Positions 7,552 through 11,204 of a DNA stretch of 11,204 nt are shown here, in pieces. The position numbers and the translations under genes are program-made. Position 1 is the stretch's first letter. Every line of letters begins with the position of its first letter. Source of the stretch: an uncultured Janthinobacterium sp. (GTDB lineage Bacteria; Vulcanimicrobiota; Vulcanimicrobiia; Vulcanimicrobiales; Vulcanimicrobiaceae); NCBI GenBank assembly GCA_964658025.1, contig CAZZXB010000100.1:1-11204 (forward strand). Direction: 5' to 3'. A model generated the notes under the pieces. The model saw only the letters and a program-made list of their open reading frames with translations. It did no database searches and was not told the DNA's origin.

Positions 7552-8040
7552 ATGAATCGAACCGTTACGCGCGCGCTCGCGCCCGTCGCCCTCGTCCTCG
7601 CAAGCGTCGCGCGCGCATCCGCCGCCCCGCACGCGGGCGACGTCGCGCCCGCCTTCGACGTGCCGAGCGCGAGCGGCGGGACGTACGCGTCGTCGAAATT
7701 CCACGGCAAGGCGACGTATCTGAATTTTTTCGCGTCGTGGTGCGGACCGTGTAACGACGAGGCGCCCGACGTGGCGAAGCTCTACGCGAAATACCATCCC
7801 AAGGGGCTCGCGCTCGTCGGCGTCGACGAACAAGAGGACGCGGGCAAAGCCAAAGACTTCGCGACGAAGTACAGGTGGCCGTTCGCGATCGTCGTCGACG
7901 GCGGCGACATGGCGAAAGCGTACGGCGCGATCGGTCTCCCGGTCCACGTCTTCATCGACAAGCGAGGAAAGATCAGCACGTACCGTCTCGGCGAGATGAC
8001 GCCGCCCGAGATCGACGCGGCGATCGCGAAGATCCTCTAG
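7552..8040 (+). CDS. Exported TlpA/ResA-family thiol-disulfide oxidoreductase
   Basis: Signal-peptide-like N-terminus (…ARASA), GDVAPAF, LNFFASWCGPCxxExP and GLP.xFID..G; SD AGGAGG at 7541-7546. Confidence 0.93.
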   Translation: MNRTVTRALAPVALVLASVARASAAPHAGDVAPAFDVPSASGGTYASSKFHGKATYLNFFASWCGPCNDEAPDVAKLYAKYHPKGLALVGVDEQEDAGKAKDFATKYRWPFAIVVDGGDMAKAYGAIGLPVHVFIDKRGKISTYRLGEMTPPEIDAAIAKIL

Positions 8041-8049
8041 TCCGGTAGC

Positions 8050-8093
8050 CCGGGACGATCGCCGCCGCTTTTGGCCACGCCGATCGTGCCCGG
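8050..8093. terminator. Imperfect hairpin between convergent tlpA-like and clp genes (possible terminator)
   Basis: CCGGGACGATCG (8050-8061) pairs with CGATCGTGCCCGG (8081-8093) with one bulge. The loop is long and there is no flanking U-tract. Confidence 0.3.
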
Positions 8094-8124
8094 ACCGATG
8101 TCGGTGCCGCCATCGCGGCGACGA

Positions 8125-10077
8125 TTAGGCGGCGACGACCTCGAGCGTCGTCGCGTCGCGCATCGCGATCTTCGCGCTGCCGCCCTCGCGGACGTCGCCG
8201 CGCAGGATCGCGCTCGAGAGCGGGTTCGTGACGAGTCGGGCGATCGTGCGCGCGACGTAGCGCGCGCCGCTTCCGGCGGCGATGCTCTCGAGCGCCAGAT
8301 GGCGCCGCGCGTCGTCCGCGAGGACGACCGAGATCCGTAGCGCGCCGAGCCGTCCGGTAACGGCGTGCATCTGCAGGTCGACGATCCGTTCGATGTCGGT
8401 CTCGCCGAGCGCGTTGAAGCGCACGATATCGTCGATACGGTCGAGGAGTTCCGGCCGCATGTAGAGATCGAGCTCGCTCGGATCGGCATTACTCGTGAGG
8501 ATCACGACGGCGTGACGAAAATCGATCGTGCGACCCTTCGCATCGGTGATGCGTCCGTCGTCGAGAATCTGGAGCAGGATCGCCGCGACGTCGGCGTGCG
8601 CCTTCTCGAACTCGTCGAACAGGACGACCGAATACGGTCGGCGACGGACGGGCTCGGTGAGCTGCCCCGGTTCGTCGTGGCCCGCGTAACCCGGCGGCGC
8701 GCCGAGCAGACGCGAGACCGTGTGCGCTTCCGTGTATTCGGTGAGATCGATCCGCAGGAGGGCGTCGTCCGTGCCGAAGAGCTCGCTCGCGAGCGCGCGG
8801 GCGAGTTCGGTCTTCCCGACGCCGCTCGGTCCGACGAACAAAAATCCGCCGACGGGCTTGCGTGGATCCTTGAGTCCGGCGCGTCCGCGCCGGACGGCCT
8901 GCGCGACGACGTCGATCGCCGCGTTCTGACCGACGACGCGTCGTCCGAGGTGTTCTTCGAGCGCGAGGAGGCCGCGCGATTGTTCTTCGGTGAGCGCGCC
9001 CTGCGGAATCCCCGTCCACTTCGCGACGACGCTCGCGACGTCGGCTGCGGTCACGTTCGTGCGACCCGCCAGGGCGACGGAGGCCGACGCTTCGTCGACG
9101 AGATCGATCGCTTTGTCGGGAAGGAAGCGGTCGACGATGTAGCGCGCGGAGAGCGATGCCGCCGCGTCGACGGCATCGTCGTCGATCGTCACGCCGTGGT
9201 GCGTCGCGTAGGTCGAACGCAGACCGCGCAGGATCGTCGCCGTCTGTTCGATCGTCGGTTCGGCGACGGTGACGGGCTGGAAACGGCGTTCGAGCGCGGC
9301 GTCGGCTTCGATGTGTTTGCGATATTCGTCGAACGTCGTCGCCCCGATGCACTGCATCTCGCCGCGCGCCAGTTCGGGTTTGATCATCGAGGAGAGATCG
9401 AGCGAGCCTTCCGCGGCGCCCGCGCCGACGAGCGCGTGGAGTTCGTCGATGAAGACGATCACCTCGCGCGCCGCTTTCTTGATCTCGTCGACGATGCGCT
9501 TCACGCGCCCCTCGAATTCGCCGCGATACTTCGTGCCCGCGACGAGCGGACCGAGCGCGAGCGCGAGGATCCGCTTGTCGCGCAGGACCGCCGGGACGTC
9601 GCCCGAGGCGATCCGTTGCGCGAGCCCCTCGACGACGGCGGTCTTGCCGACGCCGGGTTCGCCGACGAGCACGGGATTGTTCTTCGAGCGGCGCGCGAGG
9701 ATCGCGATCACGCGGTCGATCTCGAGATCGCGCCCGATCACGGGATCGAGCTCGCCCGCGCGCGCGGCGGCCGTGAGGTCGCGCGAATAGGCCGCGAGCG
9801 TCGGCGTGCCGCCGCGCAACCGCTTCGCCCAGTCGCGCGGATCGGCGCTCGTTTCGGGACGCGGTTCGCCGCCGCGCGAGAAACGATCGATCGCGAACGT
9901 GGCGCCGATGGCGAGCGCCACGGCGGCGACCGCGCTCCCGGCGAGCGGGACGATCGCCATGCGGCGACGGCGGGCGCAATCGGGGCAGACCTCCGCCTCG
10001 ACCCACGTTCCGCCGCGCAACGCGTAATCGCGGACGGTCGCGGGCTCGCGCCCGCAGCTCTCGCACACCTGAATCAT
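8125..10077 (-). CDS. Hsp100/Clp AAA+ ATPase with two nucleotide-binding domains (650 aa), N-terminal ClpE-type zinc finger and predicted TM segment
   Basis: D1: [55 protein letters not shown]2: [32 protein letters not shown]. Start placed at ATG 10077 (MIQVCESC), because the longer ORF-track version runs antisense through the ferredoxin. Confidence 0.95.
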   Translation of the reverse strand: MIQVCESCGREPATVRDYALRGGTWVEAEVCPDCARRRRMAIVPLAGSAVAAVALAIGATFAIDRFSRGGEPRPETSADPRDWAKRLRGGTPTLAAYSRDLTAAARAGELDPVIGRDLEIDRVIAILARRSKNNPVLVGEPGVGKTAVVEGLAQRIASGDVPAVLRDKRILALALGPLVAGTKYRGEFEGRVKRIVDEIKKAAREVIVFIDELHALVGAGAAEGSLDLSSMIKPELARGEMQCIGATTFDEYRKHIEADAALERRFQPVTVAEPTIEQTATILRGLRSTYATHHGVTIDDDAVDAAASLSARYIVDRFLPDKAIDLVDEASASVALAGRTNVTAADVASVVAKWTGIPQGALTEEQSRGLLALEEHLGRRVVGQNAAIDVVAQAVRRGRAGLKDPRKPVGGFLFVGPSGVGKTELARALASELFGTDDALLRIDLTEYTEAHTVSRLLGAPPGYAGHDEPGQLTEPVRRRPYSVVLFDEFEKAHADVAAILLQILDDGRITDAKGRTIDFRHAVVILTSNADPSELDLYMRPELLDRIDDIVRFNALGETDIERIVDLQMHAVTGRLGALRISVVLADDARRHLALESIAAGSGARYVARTIARLVTNPLSSAILRGDVREGGSAKIAMRDATTLEVVAA

Positions 10078-10197
10078 CGTTTGGACGTACCCGCAATCAT
10101 GGGAACGAGTTTCGCGCTCGAGGGCGGCGCGGCATCCCGGTCGGTCCCGACGCGACGCAAGGACCGACGGAGAGCCACCCCCAATAGGAGGCGCATC

Positions 10198-10440
10198 ATG
10201 GCGTATATCATCACGGAACCGTGCATCGGCACGAAGGACAAGTCGTGCGTCGACGTTTGTCCGGTAGATTGCATCCACGGCAAAGACGACGAGAAGCAGC
10301 TTTTCATCGATCCCGAAGTGTGCATCGATTGCGGCGCGTGCGTTTCGGCATGCCCGGTCGAGGCGATCTACGCGGACTCCGATATCCCGGAAAAGTGGAA
10401 GAATTACATCGCGATCAACGCGGATTATTTTAAGGCGTAG
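10198..10440 (+). CDS. Ferredoxin, FdxA-like dicluster ([3Fe-4S]/[4Fe-4S]) type, 80 aa
   Basis: MAYIITEPCIGTKDKSCVDVCPVDCIH...IDPEVCIDCGACVSACPVEAI; SD AGGAGG at 10186-10191. Confidence 0.96.
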   Translation: MAYIITEPCIGTKDKSCVDVCPVDCIHGKDDEKQLFIDPEVCIDCGACVSACPVEAIYADSDIPEKWKNYIAINADYFKA

Positions 10441-10527
10441 CGTTCCGATCCGACCGCTCGCGATCGCGCGCCTTCGAAAAATTGAAACGTTACCCGCATC
10501 GTTACGCCGTGGCGGACGTTCGCGCGC

Positions 10528-11204
10528 GTGGTAGTCGCCTCGCACGCCGTTCGCGCGATCGATGCCAGTAAGGCCTACGGTGACGCGGGCGACGAAGTCG
10601 TTCGCGCGCTCGATCGCGTTTCGCTCGAGATCGCCGCGGGCGAGATGGTCGCGCTCGTCGGTCCGAGCGGCTGCGGAAAGAGTACGTTACTCAACCTCGT
10701 GGGATGCGTCGATCTGCCGTCGGGCGGGGTGATCGAAGTCGAAGGTCGCGCGACGAGTTCGCTCGACGACGACTCGCTCACGGCGCTCCGTCGCGATCGC
10801 ATCGGAACGATCTTTCAGTTTTTCAATCTCTTGCCGGCGATGACGATCGGCGAGAACGTCGCGCTCCCGCTCGTGTTGCAACGGCGTCCGCGCGCCGAGA
10901 TCGCGGAGCGCGTGCGGACCGCGCTCGCGGGTGTGGGGATCGGCGAGAAGATCGACGCGTATCCCTCTCAAGTATCGGGCGGACAGATGCAGCGCGCGGC
11001 GGTCGCGCGTGCGACGGTTCACCGACCCGCGATCGTGTTGGCCGACGAGCCGACGGGGAATCTCGATTCGCAGAGCGGAGCGGAGGTGCTTAAGCTCTTG
11101 CGCTCGGCGGCATCTTCGGGTCAAGCGATCCTCATGGCGACCCACTCGACGGAAGCGGCGGGCGTCTGCGATCGCATCGTGCGCATGCAAGACGGGCGGA
11201 TCGT
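10528..11204 (+). CDS. ABC transporter ATP-binding protein, LolD/MacB-type, 3'-truncated (absent from the ORF track because it runs off the window)
   Basis: Translated by hand from GTG 10528: Walker A GPSGCGKST (from 10660), IGTIFQFFNLLP, signature variant VSGGQMQR, Walker B VLADEPTGNLD, H-loop MATH and RMQDGRI. The exact start is uncertain. Confidence 0.95.
   Translation, partial: MVVASHAVRAIDASKAYGDAGDEVVRALDRVSLEIAAGEMVALVGPSGCGKSTLLNLVGCVDLPSGGVIEVEGRATSSLDDDSLTALRRDRIGTIFQFFNLLPAMTIGENVALPLVLQRRPRAEIAERVRTALAGVGIGEKIDAYPSQVSGGQMQRAAVARATVHRPAIVLADEPTGNLDSQSGAEVLKLLRSAASSGQAILMATHSTEAAGVCDRIVRMQDGRI

Noticed and set aside
8365..10197. 691-aa plus-strand ORF apparently fusing a long N-terminus to the ferredoxin
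   Set aside because: It is the antisense shadow of the Clp gene, which is common in high-GC DNA. The ferredoxin has its own SD and ATG at 10198.
10078..10545. 156-aa N-terminal extension of the Clp ORF (806-aa version)
   Set aside because: It overlaps the ferredoxin gene antisense and has no domain features. The zinc finger starts right after ATG 10077, as in ClpE.
341..11190. Numerous Arg/Ala/Ser-rich alternative-frame and antisense ORFs in the ORF track
   Set aside because: They overlap well-supported genes and are expected from the scarcity of stop codons in high-GC sequence.

Overview
High-GC, CpG-rich bacterial chromosomal window. The backbone is the conserved translation operon infB (5'-truncated) - rbfA - DHH/DHHA1 nanoRNase (nrnA-like) - truB - ribF, followed by a TlpA-type thioredoxin. 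A convergent Hsp100/Clp AAA+ ATPase gene on the minus strand is divergent from a 7Fe-type ferredoxin, and a 3'-truncated LolD/MacB-type ABC ATPase ends the window. Three things are unusual. (1) The Clp ATPase has a ClpE-type C-x2-C-x22-C-x2-C zinc finger followed by RRRR and a predicted transmembrane helix, and lacks both the middle domain and the ClpP-docking IGF loop. (2) About 2.7 kb of accessory DNA separates infB from rbfA. It holds a run of small, overlapping, partly paralogous two-helix membrane ORFs (one with an in-frame TAG, one possibly frameshifted), a DUF2277 gene and a YycE/VOC remnant. (3) Just after infB lies a 147-bp element with 30-bp terminal inverted repeats enclosing three hairpins (four-way junction), either a REP/MITE-like element or a structured RNA. 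All family assignments come from motif recognition by eye; no searches were run.
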